Counted from the first letter of the whole stretch, positions 37,022 through 46,482 are shown. The stretch is DNA of 60,199 nt, filler included, from a candidate division WOR-3 bacterium (GCA_016934535.1; 6 parts of 6 records of this genome joined end to end with filler, not necessarily neighbours in it), one strand, 5' to 3'. Notes: generated by a model not told the origin, from the sequence alone. Translations and numbers: made by a program.

Positions 37022-38206
37022 CTATTTGATGAGAGTTATCCTTTTCATAACGTTGGTCTTTTCTGAGCATAGCATCAGAAAATATGTACCTGAGGGCAGA
37101 GACGACAGGTCTAAATTTATTTCGCTCGTTCCTTCTCTCAATAGACCGGGAAAATCCAATTGTAATTTTCTTCCGCACAGATCCAACAATTCGATTTTTG
37201 CGTGCGAGCTTGAAGGCAGAAAAAACCGGATCATTATCCTTCCATGTGAAGGATTGGGAGTCAGGCTGAACGACGATTGAGGGCAGGTGAAAACAGGTTC
37301 TTCGACAGAAGTGAACAGACTGTCGAAAAGACTCTGCATTTTCACAGCGTTGACTGTCATTTTCTGGAAATCTTGACCCGCTGCAATGCCGTAGAAAATT
37401 GAAATTGAGTCGAGAGGTCCAAGGAAATAAGGACCTGCTTTTATGTAGACGGCGAAGCTTCCAGACGTGTCAGGGATAATGCCTGGCGCTGTCGTGTCAG
37501 CAAGTATCTCGTATAGATACACGTCTTCGTAAGGCATATCCTCGGGCCAGTGAAAACTGACGCCGAGGTGGGGAACATCACTCAATGTCTTGATTCCGAT
37601 GTATTCAGAAGGGTTGGGTCCGTCATAGAAATATGAAAGACCAAGGGAGTCTATGTACCCGCACCGGTCGTCGGTGTGGCTTGAATTCGTGACGTTAATG
37701 TCGGCGTAGAGACCGAGATATACCTGTTGATAATCATGCTCGGATTTGTTTTCGTATTCGTACTTGAAAATCAGAAAATCCGAGTAATCGGCTCTGGAGA
37801 AAGAAAAACATTTCCTGCGGGAAATTATTCCCGAGACGTGCTCAGAATCATCGAAGTGGTAATCGCTCGCGTACAGCGAGTCGCCGGTCCATTCCCATGC
37901 ACAGTATGAAATGAACCATTCGTTGATCATGTGTCAACACAGTTTGTTCGAAAGTACGACTGTATCACCTGATGACGTGAGAAAACCTATGCCGTGACAT
38001 CCCCTTAGAATGTGGTCCCGGCCTGAGCCGCCGGGGAATTCCAGCGATGAGTTTTCCCTGTTTCCTATGTCACCGTTCAAAGGGTCGAATCCGGTCCAGA
38101 GATTGTTGTTGTTGTGAAAACTGTCGAGAGGGGAAAATCGGCCGTCAGCAAAAAGAGACGGAGAAAAAAAGAAAGGTAAAATGAGAATAAAAGACAGTAT
38201 TTTCAT
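37022..38206 (-). pseudogene. secreted T9SS-CTD protein interrupted by one in-frame TGA (37934-37936): nonsense pseudogene, error or recoding
   Basis: AAGGAGG RBS + signal peptide in upstream ORF; ...CTG TGT TGA CAC ATG ATC... continues in frame into ORF 37022..37930, which has TPNPS...LPSGTYFL CTD but no signal peptide. Confidence 0.7.
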
Positions 38207-38306
38207 AGGTCCTCCTTTGAGCTTATTATTCCACAAAAAGAAACAAATGAACACGAAACGCTTAAAAATGTTGACAGGGAAGATGCCCGTGTGGATATAG
38301 TAAGAA

Positions 38307-38789
38307 ATGCAGACGATTCATAATCTAATATTCATTGTAATACTTTTCGCGGGATTTACGGGTCTTTTAAAATCCAGAAATTTTACCGAGTTCGCGATAG
38401 TCAGCTGTGCCACATTGGCTCTTTTTGTTTTGTATCTGGCTTTTTACATAAGATTTGAAACAAGAAAGCACAGGGAAAGCACTCAGAAGGCGATAGACGA
38501 AAATCTGGCTTTGCTGAAATCGTATCCGGACAATTTCCCTTTCAAGATTACGGACAACATTTCCGGAGACTTCGTCGGAGAGCTCAAAAGAGACGACCTC
38601 TTTTTTCTTATCAAGGCTTTTTCTGAAGAGGGTATGAAAGCGAACGATTTTTATTTTCTCGAAGAACTTCTCGAACTGTTCGAAAAGGAAAAAAAACCTC
38701 CGGAAAGTCTTATTGTTTTTTTAAAAAAGATTCTCGAAAAAAAGGGCGAGATTGAACTTCACTGGGACGCCCCTGTCAAAACTCTTTGA
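38307..38789 (+). CDS. hypothetical membrane protein
   Basis: Two N-terminal TMs, 160-aa ORF. Confidence 0.65.
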   Translation: MQTIHNLIFIVILFAGFTGLLKSRNFTEFAIVSCATLALFVLYLAFYIRFETRKHRESTQKAIDENLALLKSYPDNFPFKITDNISGDFVGELKRDDLFFLIKAFSEEGMKANDFYFLEELLELFEKEKKPPESLIVFLKKILEKKGEIELHWDAPVKTL

Positions 38790-38948
38790 TATTTTGACCG
38801 CTTGATAGACAAATATCCTGTTTTTATTTATTCTTAAAAATTGAAATTTCTCCACGAAACCCTTCATTTACTAAATTTACTCACACTTTGCGGACAGCAT
38901 CTTTCACGCCGGTGGATGTTGATTTTCTTGCAAGTGTCTGGATGAAAG

Positions 38949-38987
38949 AATAGGATGAGAGCCGCATATATCGGCTCTCATCCTATT
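38949..38987 (-). terminator. intrinsic terminator after Omp28-like gene
   Basis: 16-bp inverted repeat AATAGGATGAGAGCCG / CGGCTCTCATCCTATT. Confidence 0.8.
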
Positions 38988-38993
38988 AATAGG

Positions 38994-40049
38994 TCACTGG
39001 ATTTTAATCAAAAGTTTTGAGTCGGTGTAATCCGGCGAACTGAGTTCGACTCTGTATATGCCAGAAGAAACTTCAGAGCCGAAATCGTCATTTCCGTCCC
39101 ACTCAAATTGTGCGTTCTCTGAGAGAGATCTGTTTACAGCGAGAGTTCTTATTGTTCTGCCGCTCAAGTCGAATATCCTCAGTGAAACGTCAGTGCCCGC
39201 AGTAAAGATTTCCACGGGTATGAAGGCTGTGCCGATGAATGGATTGGGATAGAAATTGCCGAGTCCGAAAGTCTTTGACATAACCGGCGAGGAAGGCGTC
39301 TCCTCTACGGCGTTAAGACCGCCAATTCCGATTTGATTGCTCTGATGAATGTATTTGGGTGATCCGTGTGTCTGAAGCCAAACGGCAAAATATATCGCCT
39401 GTTCATCGTAATGCCACCAAGAAGTGCTGAGTGTAAAAGGAATTGTGACCTCGAGAGTCTCGGGATAGGTTCCTGAAAATGTAATTGGGGTCCCGTTGTA
39501 ATTTGGATACATTTTTCTCGTAGGATAGTGGAATTCCGAAAAGTATCCATGTGCATAAGGCACCACTTTTGAGGCGGCGTCACAGTGCAATACAAACGGA
39601 CCGGCACCTATTGAAGCCTCAAGTATAAGAGTGACGAAAATATTTCCGGAATGCGTAGTCGGATCGAAATCGCCGTCGAGGAGGATTTCGAGATAGCAGG
39701 GTCTCGACATGGCTGTGTTGAACGAATTCTGAAGGTAAGTGTTATTGGGATAGAGGTTTATATATCCGTCCATGAAGGCGTCGGGAACTCCGCCGACTCC
39801 GTAAAAATTTTTCCGGCCGAGTTGATCGGCGTTGTAAAATGGATCGCTTGACCAAACATGATACTTTACTGCCGAAATACTGTCGCCTTTGTTTTCTATG
39901 AATGTGTTCTGCTGACCAGCATACTGATTACAATAGGTTCACTGAGAAGCCCCGTGGATTTCAAGTAAAGGTCTTCTCACAGCGGAAAACAGAAATCCCG
40001 ACATAAAAAGAATGCCGAGGATTCCGAGGACCAAAACATTCTTCTTCAA
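38994..40049 (-). CDS. candidate selenoprotein: secreted thioredoxin-fold/Omp28-like protein with UxxC motif and FlgD/T9SS-like CTD (351 aa)
   Basis: AGGAGG RBS + TTG 40049; signal peptide; PLLEIHGASQ-U(TGA 39939-39941)-TYC; KYHVW..DPFY, FYGVGGVPDAFMDG (cis-Pro loop); in frame with ORF 38994..39773 with no other stop. Confidence 0.78.
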
Positions 40050-40266
40050 GTTTACCTCCTTGAATTTTTTATTCCAGTATTTTAAGCTCAACTATATTAA
40101 AAAGCAAACTAATTATTCAAACTTTCTATTATGCGCGGAATTACGGAACATAACTCAATGCCTACCCTCTTTAGGCCAAAAGGAAGGGACGCCAGGGGTG
40201 TATTAAAACCCCTCTTAAGAGGGGACAATATATTGGAAGGATTTATATAAAATTTAAAAGAAAAAA

Positions 40267-40533
40267 AATAGGATGAGAGCTGCATATATCGGCTCTAATC
40301 CTATTAATAGGTCACTGGATTTTAATCAAAAGTTTTGAGTCGGTATAATCCGGCGAACTGAGTTCGACTCTGTATATGCCAGAAGAAACTTCGGAGCCGA
40401 AATCGTCATTTCCATCCCACTCAAATTGTGCGTTCTCTGAGAGAGATCTGTTCACAGCGAGAGTTCTTATTGTTCTGCCGCTCAAGTCGAATATCCTCAG
40501 TGAAACGTCAGTGCCCGCAGTAAAGATTTCCAC
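40267..40533. repeat. near-identical direct repeat of 38949..39215 (CTD-coding 3' end + terminator)
   Basis: Offset 1318 nt; about six substitutions seen by eye, coding ones synonymous. Confidence 0.92.
40312..40533 (-). CDS. 3' end of tandem paralog of 38994..40049 (truncated by gap)
   Basis: EIFTAGTDVSLRIFDLSGR...SKLLIKIQ identical to the downstream copy. Confidence 0.85.
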   Translation of the reverse strand: MEIFTAGTDVSLRIFDLSGRTIRTLAVNRSLSENAQFEWDGNDDFGSEVSSGIYRVELSSPDYTDSKLLIKIQ

Positions 40534-40633
40534 NNNNNNNNNNNNNNNNNNNNNNNNNNNNNNNNNNNNNNNNNNNNTTAATTAATTAANNNNNNNNNNN
40601 NNNNNNNNNNNNNNNNNNNNNNNNNNNNNNNNN
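40534..40633. other. artificial contig linker
   Basis: N-run with TTAATTAATTAA. Confidence 0.99.
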
Positions 40634-40635
40634 AA

Positions 40636-40708
40636 AGCCGATGGGCGGATTCGAACCGCCTACCCGCGCATTACGAATGCGCTGCTCTACCAGCTGAGCT
40701 ACACCGGC
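40636..40708 (-). tRNA. tRNA-Thr(CGT), CCA not encoded
   Basis: GCCGGTGTAGCTCAGCTGGTAGAGCA-GCGCA TT CGT AA TGCGC-GGGTAGGCGGTTCGAATCCGCCCATCGGCT. Confidence 0.96.
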
Positions 40709-40767
40709 TTTCATAATTTTAAAATTATAACCGTTTGGAATAAATTAGCAACCATTTATTGAAAAAT

Positions 40768-41448
40768 CTACTTTATCGGAAAGCATCCATCCGTGCTGAA
40801 AGTCAATCTTTTGTTTATATGAAAATAAACGCCATCGTACACCCTGCAGTCAATGTCCCTTCCCTCATTTTCAGCGTAAGCATGAATCCACCAACGGTCG
40901 GTTCTGTATGAAGGAAAAAAATATCTCACCTGTTCACCGCCTGGCGTCCTCGATCTGAGGTAGACAACAGAGGATATCGGTGAAGAATTGTCGCCCGTTT
41001 TCTTTATCGCTTCAAAAATCACTTCAAGAATTTCGTCATGTTTGTTTTCGAAACCTTCAACGTAAAAATCAGCCGCCTCTCCCATCATGTGTTTTGAAGT
41101 CATCGAAACCTCGTAAGGATTGCCGGAATCACCATCGTTCACGTAATTGAACAACTCGGCAGCAAGATAGCTGTTGTGCCTGGGCGATCTGTACCCCGAT
41201 ATTACGACTACTTTCCTCCCCGTTTCAAACTGAATGGCGTTGAGCAGTATAAGCAGGTCTTCATCTATGCCTCTTTGCGGAAGAGTGCCGCCGTCTCCGT
41301 CATAATAAAGTTCTCCTTTCCACAAGCAAGGGGGATTGGCGACGGAATCCCCTTTACATCTGAAATCATCCGCCGTTATTTCATCCGTTTGAGAAAAGTC
41401 GCCCGATAACAAAAACATCAATGACACAAAAAAACTCGCGTAAATCAT
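40768..41448 (-). CDS. peptidase M15 / DUF882 (YcbK-like) family protein
   Basis: ISGYRS..HN, SKHMMGEAADF (H-x6-D), YFHI; signal-like N-terminus from ATG 41448. Confidence 0.82.
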   Translation of the reverse strand: MIYASFFVSLMFLLSGDFSQTDEITADDFRCKGDSVANPPCLWKGELYYDGDGGTLPQRGIDEDLLILLNAIQFETGRKVVVISGYRSPRHNSYLAAELFNYVNDGDSGNPYEVSMTSKHMMGEAADFYVEGFENKHDEILEVIFEAIKKTGDNSSPISSVVYLRSRTPGGEQVRYFFPSYRTDRWWIHAYAENEGRDIDCRVYDGVYFHINKRLTFSTDGCFPIK

Positions 41449-41530
41449 AACGCTCCCGCTTTCAGTTTTTTTCAGTTCTCCTTGTCCGCGTTGACTCAAT
41501 ATGTTATATCACATTTTCAAAGGAGGGATA

Positions 41531-43246
41531 ATGCTCTGGTCGAAATCCTACATACCGACTACAAAGGAAATGCCTGCCGACGCATTGCTGGCAAGCCACA
41601 GGCTGCTTTTAAAAGCAGGCTTCATCAGACAGGAATTATCAGGAGCTTATACCTACCTGCCTTTGGGGCTGTTAACCGTTTCAAAGATCATGAAGATAGT
41701 CCGGGAAGAAATGAACTCGATAGGAGCACTGGAGCTGCTCGCTCCTTCTCTGGCTTCGAAAGAAACCTGGCAGGCAACGGGCAGGTGGGAAGAATTCGGA
41801 AACGACATGTTCAGGTTTAAAGACCGGAAAGACAGAGACATGTGTTTGGCTCCCACTCACGAAGAGATAATCACAAATCTCGCAAAAAGAGATTTCAGGT
41901 CCTACAGAGACCTTCCAAAATCTCTTTATCAAATACAGACTAAATTCAGGGACGAACCAAGACCGAGAAGCGGTGTTCTTCGGATGAGACAGTTTATAAT
42001 GAAAGATTCGTACAGTTTTGACAGGGATGAAAATAGCCTTTCTGTTTCGTACGACCTTCACAGAAAAGCGTATAAAAATATATTTACCCGCGCAGGTCTC
42101 AGTTTCAGGATAGTTTCAGCTTCGACAGGACTGATGGGCGGTTCGGATTCTGAAGAATTCATGATACCCTCCGAATCCGGAGAGGACAGAATTGTTTTCT
42201 GCGGTAACTGCAGTTATTCAGCAAATCTGGAAGTGGCTTCTTCAACCGTCGAGAAAATATCTTATCCGTCGAAACCGCTCGAAAAGGTCAACACTCCCGT
42301 CGGCGGTTCAGTTTCCGAGGTGTCGGCATTTTTAGGCTTTAAAAGCGACAGAATGATGAAAAGCCTTCTCTGGATGATAGAAGAAAAACCTTATTTTCTC
42401 CTTTTGTGCGGAGAGGATGAGCTTTCCGAGACAAAACTTGCCAAGCATTTGGGCGCAGGCAGACCCGCCCATTCTGAAGAAATTATTAAAATTACAGGAG
42501 CTCCTGCTGGATACGTAGGTCCTGTGGGTATAAAAAACGTGGCTGTTTACGCGGATGAAAGACTGAAAGGCGCAACCGGCATGTCGACGGGTGCGAACGA
42601 ATTTCATTACCACTACGTAAACCTCGACGTGGAAAGAGATGTGCGTACTGACGGTTTCCTGGATCTGAGAGAAGTGAAAAAAGAGGAAAAATGCGTCAAA
42701 TGTGGCGGATCACTAATGGTTGAGAACGCTATTGAAGTCGGACACATATTCAAACTCGGCACCAAGTATTCAAAAAGCATGGGTGCGGCTTTCACCGACG
42801 AGGAAGGCAACGAAAAATCTTTCGTCATGGGCAGCTACGGTATAGGTATAGAAAGAATAATGGCTTCGGCAATCGAACAAAACCACGACGAGAACGGGAT
42901 AATATGGCCGGTGTCCATATCACCTTTCGAAGTCGTGATTCTACCGCTCAACAGTTCCGACGAAAAAGTCAGGAACTTATCAACGTCTCTTTGTGAATCA
43001 CTTTACGGCAATTCAATAGAATATCTTTTGGACGACAGAGACGAGAGAGCGGGAATAAAATTCAAAGACGCCGATCTTATAGGGATACCATTGAGGATCA
43101 CGGTAGGAGAAAAAAACGCCGCCAAAGATATGGTTGAAATAAAAAGAAGAGACACTTCTCATGTCACAACTGTTCCCGTCGAAAAAGCCCTCGATGTCAT
43201 CAGGCACAACTTGAACGAGCTTTACGGGCTTTGTTCGATTAATTGA
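41531..43246 (+). CDS. proS: proline--tRNA ligase (bacterial type with editing insertion)
   Basis: LAPTHEE, QIQTKFRDEPRPR, FIMKDSYSF, IEVGHIFKLGTKYS, MGSYGIG.ER, KFKDADLIGIP; AGGAGG RBS. Confidence 0.97.
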   Translation: MLWSKSYIPTTKEMPADALLASHRLLLKAGFIRQELSGAYTYLPLGLLTVSKIMKIVREEMNSIGALELLAPSLASKETWQATGRWEEFGNDMFRFKDRKDRDMCLAPTHEEIITNLAKRDFRSYRDLPKSLYQIQTKFRDEPRPRSGVLRMRQFIMKDSYSFDRDENSLSVSYDLHRKAYKNIFTRAGLSFRIVSASTGLMGGSDSEEFMIPSESGEDRIVFCGNCSYSANLEVASSTVEKISYPSKPLEKVNTPVGGSVSEVSAFLGFKSDRMMKSLLWMIEEKPYFLLLCGEDELSETKLAKHLGAGRPAHSEEIIKITGAPAGYVGPVGIKNVAVYADERLKGATGMSTGANEFHYHYVNLDVERDVRTDGFLDLREVKKEEKCVKCGGSLMVENAIEVGHIFKLGTKYSKSMGAAFTDEEGNEKSFVMGSYGIGIERIMASAIEQNHDENGIIWPVSISPFEVVILPLNSSDEKVRNLSTSLCESLYGNSIEYLLDDRDERAGIKFKDADLIGIPLRITVGEKNAAKDMVEIKRRDTSHVTTVPVEKALDVIRHNLNELYGLCSIN

Positions 43247-43262
43247 AAGAAAGGTTTAACGC

Positions 43263-44789
43263 ATGAACATAACTTCGCTCCACCCTCTCGAGATAAAATT
43301 ATTGAAATCTCTACGGGAAAAACAGGTTTTCAGCTCGAGGGATTATCCCGACAATTCAGGACTGACGGTTGAAAACGTCCGCGGAATAATCGGCTGGTTC
43401 AAGGCCAGGAATTGGCTGAAAGAAGTCGAGGAGGCGACCGCAATCAAAGCCGAGATCACCGAAGAAGGAAAAATATACGCCGAAAAAGGCCTCCCTTTGA
43501 GACTCGTGTGGGATTGCCTTTCTTCTTCTCCATGCACAATCAGCGAAATGATTGAAAAAACATCATACAGTCAGGCAGAAATCGGAAAGGCTGCGGGTTT
43601 TTTGAAAAAAAACGACTTGGCTGAAGATAAAGGAGGAACTCTTTTCCTGAAAGAAAATAATGCTCCCGAGTATCTCGAACTGCTTGAAAGACTTATATCG
43701 GAAGGACTCAAAGAAGATCTGAATTTTTCTTCTCTCTCAGAAAAACAAGCCGCAGTTCTGGATGAGAACGCCAAAAAGAGGGGTTCGGGATCAATCTTCA
43801 GGATCAAAGAACAAAAATACGTCAGTTACTGCCTGAACGAAGAGGGAGAAAAAGTAAGAAAAGCAGTCTGTGATTCGGAAACAAAAGACGAGATAGGCGC
43901 TCTGACTCCCGAAATTCTCCGCGACAGATCCTGGGAAGGAAAAACTTTCAGAAAATTCAGCATGTCGTTGAAACCTAAATCCAAAATAGCCGGCAGGCTT
44001 CACCCGTACGGCAGATTTCTCGACACTGTGAGAAAAGAACTCACCTCGATGGGATTTACCGAGATGAGGGGGCCCATAGTAGAATCCGAATTTTTCAACA
44101 ACGACGTTTTATACATGCCCCAATACCATTCTGCCAGAGACATTCACGACATATATGTCGTCAAAGAGCCTTCGAGGGCTTCAGATATACCGATGAACAT
44201 ACTTTCCAGAATAGCTTCGGCTCACAGAGACGGAGGCAGATCTGGCTCGCGCGGATGGGGATACGATTTTGACACTGAAAAGACCCAAAGACTTGTTCTG
44301 AGAAGTCAGGGAACTGCCATAAGTGCCAGAACACTGACAAAAAAACCTCCCGTGCCGGGTAAATTTTTCGCAATTGCAAGATGTTTCCGCTACGACAGTG
44401 TTGACGCTACTCACGCACCTGACTTTTTCCAGATAGAAGGAATAGTGCTCGAAGAGAATATCAATTTCAGGCATCTGCTCGGACTTCTTTCAACTTTCGC
44501 CGAAAAACTCGCCCACGCTGAAAAGATCAAATTCGTACCCGGTTATTTCCCTTTCACGGAGCCTTCGGTCGAAGCGATGATCAAACACCCTCAACTCGGA
44601 TGGATAGAACTAGGTGGAGCTGGAATTTTCAGACCTGAAATAACTGTATCGCTAGACATCCCCTGCCCGGTCATAGCCTGGGGACTTGGTCTAGACAGAA
44701 TGGCAATGAACGCGCTCAAAATAAATGACATACGGGAACTTTTCACTTATGACATCGAAAAGATACGCTCTTCAAAGGTGGTGATTTAG
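43263..44789 (+). CDS. pheS: phenylalanine--tRNA ligase alpha subunit, long archaeal/spirochaete type
   Basis: GRLHPY, PQYHSARD.HD, FR...DATH..DF.QIEG, YFPFTEPS.E, ELGGAGIFRPE, AWGLGLDR; about 200-aa N-terminal extension. Confidence 0.95.
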   Translation: MNITSLHPLEIKLLKSLREKQVFSSRDYPDNSGLTVENVRGIIGWFKARNWLKEVEEATAIKAEITEEGKIYAEKGLPLRLVWDCLSSSPCTISEMIEKTSYSQAEIGKAAGFLKKNDLAEDKGGTLFLKENNAPEYLELLERLISEGLKEDLNFSSLSEKQAAVLDENAKKRGSGSIFRIKEQKYVSYCLNEEGEKVRKAVCDSETKDEIGALTPEILRDRSWEGKTFRKFSMSLKPKSKIAGRLHPYGRFLDTVRKELTSMGFTEMRGPIVESEFFNNDVLYMPQYHSARDIHDIYVVKEPSRASDIPMNILSRIASAHRDGGRSGSRGWGYDFDTEKTQRLVLRSQGTAISARTLTKKPPVPGKFFAIARCFRYDSVDATHAPDFFQIEGIVLEENINFRHLLGLLSTFAEKLAHAEKIKFVPGYFPFTEPSVEAMIKHPQLGWIELGGAGIFRPEITVSLDIPCPVIAWGLGLDRMAMNALKINDIRELFTYDIEKIRSSKVVI

Positions 44790-46469
44790 ATGCCGAAAGT
44801 AACTACAGACAAAAATACTCTTTTATCCCTCATAGAAAAACCTATGAACATCGACAGGCTCAAAGACCTTTGCTGGCTGGCAAAAGCCGAATTGACTGAG
44901 AATGCAGGTTCAAACGAAATAACGCTTGAGTTTTCAGACACAAACAGACCCGATCTATGGTCTGCAGAGGGATTGACCAGATTGATTAACCAATTTCTCT
45001 CTGGAAAACCCAAGGAATACACATTTCTTTCGGAGCCTCACCACAGAGATAAAGAAGTAATCGCCGAAGAAAGCGTTTCAGCTATCCGCCCTTACATAGG
45101 AATGTTTTTGTGCGAAATTGCTCCCATCACTGACGAAATTCTCAAAGACCTGATACAGACCCAGGAAAAACTCGCCGAAAATTACGGAAAAAAAAGAAAA
45201 ACAGTAAGCATAGGTATATATCCTGCTTCGATTATAAATTTTCCAGTCATCTACAAAGCGGTAATACCTTCAGAAATATCTTTTGTGCCGCTTGGTTTTG
45301 AAAATGAAATGGCTCTCGATGAAATACTGAAAAAGCATCCCAAGGGAATAGAATACGCCGAAATTCTCGAAAGCAAAAAAATTGTGCCTCTGATGATAGA
45401 CAACAAAGGAGAAATACTTTCATTTCCGCCTGTTATCAATTCGAGAAGAACAGGCGAAGTGAAAGTCGGTGACACTTATTTGGCCGTTGAAGCGACAGGA
45501 TCGGACCTTTCATCTGTTCATCTGGTCCTGAGTATTTTTGCGATGAACCTAAGCGACAGAGGCGGAAAAATCACGAGAATGAGAACTCTTTATCCAGGAA
45601 ATCAGGAAGCGGTATTTCCGACGGACGAAACCGAAGAACTAAGCATAAACATCCCTCAGGTCAACAACCTTCTTGGGAGCGAGTTCGGAATAGAAAAAAT
45701 TTCAACAAATCTCAGAAAAATGGGTTTCAGATCCAAAAAAGGCACTTTCGACAACGAGCTTATTGTCACCGTACCTTTTTACAGAAGGGACATAATGCAC
45801 GAAGTCGACATCATGGAAGACATAGCGATAGCATCGGACTACAACGATTTCCAACCACTCATGCCCGAAAGTTACACTCACGGAGGCCTCTCTCCTATTC
45901 AAGAAAAAGCGAACGTCCTCAGGCAAGTTTCAATCGGTCTTGGTTTCCTCGAATACATGGGCAACATTCTCACTTCCTCTGAGATTATGAAAACCTGTGC
46001 CGGAAAACACAGCGATCCCGTCGAGATAGCAAATCCTATGACGGCGATGTTCGCCTGCCTGAGAGACAGACTATTCCCTGGTCTTCTTCTGCTGGAATCA
46101 AAAAACAGCAAATCGCTTTACCCTCATCTCGTCTTTGAAGCGGGTGAAACAGTCAAAAAATACAAGGAAGACGGTACTTTGAAAACCGGAACCGTCTTTT
46201 CGATAGCTTACATGATTTCGGGTCCCGATTCTTCTTTCTCTGAAATGCATTCTGTTATGCAGACTTTATGCGATATGCTTTCAGTTGAGCTTACACTGAT
46301 TGAAAAGAACTACTGGTTTTTCATTCCGGGAAGAAGCGCCGAAGTGCTTCTCAATGGCAAAGAATCGGGATTTTTAGGCGAGGTGTCTCCCTCCATACTC
46401 GATGTACTCGGCGTGAGAATGCCTGTAGTACTCTCTGAAATCTCCGACCTGGATTCCTTTTTTATCTGA
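44790..46469 (+). CDS. pheT: phenylalanine--tRNA ligase beta subunit, short archaeal type
   Basis: 559 aa; NRPDLWSAEG, QEKL..NYGKKRK.VSIGIY, SFPPVINS, RRDIMHEVDIMEDIAIA. Confidence 0.94.
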   Translation: MPKVTTDKNTLLSLIEKPMNIDRLKDLCWLAKAELTENAGSNEITLEFSDTNRPDLWSAEGLTRLINQFLSGKPKEYTFLSEPHHRDKEVIAEESVSAIRPYIGMFLCEIAPITDEILKDLIQTQEKLAENYGKKRKTVSIGIYPASIINFPVIYKAVIPSEISFVPLGFENEMALDEILKKHPKGIEYAEILESKKIVPLMIDNKGEILSFPPVINSRRTGEVKVGDTYLAVEATGSDLSSVHLVLSIFAMNLSDRGGKITRMRTLYPGNQEAVFPTDETEELSINIPQVNNLLGSEFGIEKISTNLRKMGFRSKKGTFDNELIVTVPFYRRDIMHEVDIMEDIAIASDYNDFQPLMPESYTHGGLSPIQEKANVLRQVSIGLGFLEYMGNILTSSEIMKTCAGKHSDPVEIANPMTAMFACLRDRLFPGLLLLESKNSKSLYPHLVFEAGETVKKYKEDGTLKTGTVFSIAYMISGPDSSFSEMHSVMQTLCDMLSVELTLIEKNYWFFIPGRSAEVLLNGKESGFLGEVSPSILDVLGVRMPVVLSEISDLDSFFI

Positions 46470-46482
46470 AAGAGAAGCTGAT

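Noticed and set aside
38271-38307. TTGACA...TATAGT promoter implying a leaderless mRNA for 38307..38789
   Set aside because: 19-nt spacer is marginal; not enough support
37934-39941. Genome-wide TGA reassignment (code 4/25) as explanation for the in-frame TGAs
   Set aside because: Conserved genes such as rpmH, rnpA, proS, pheT and feoB end at TGA at their expected lengths
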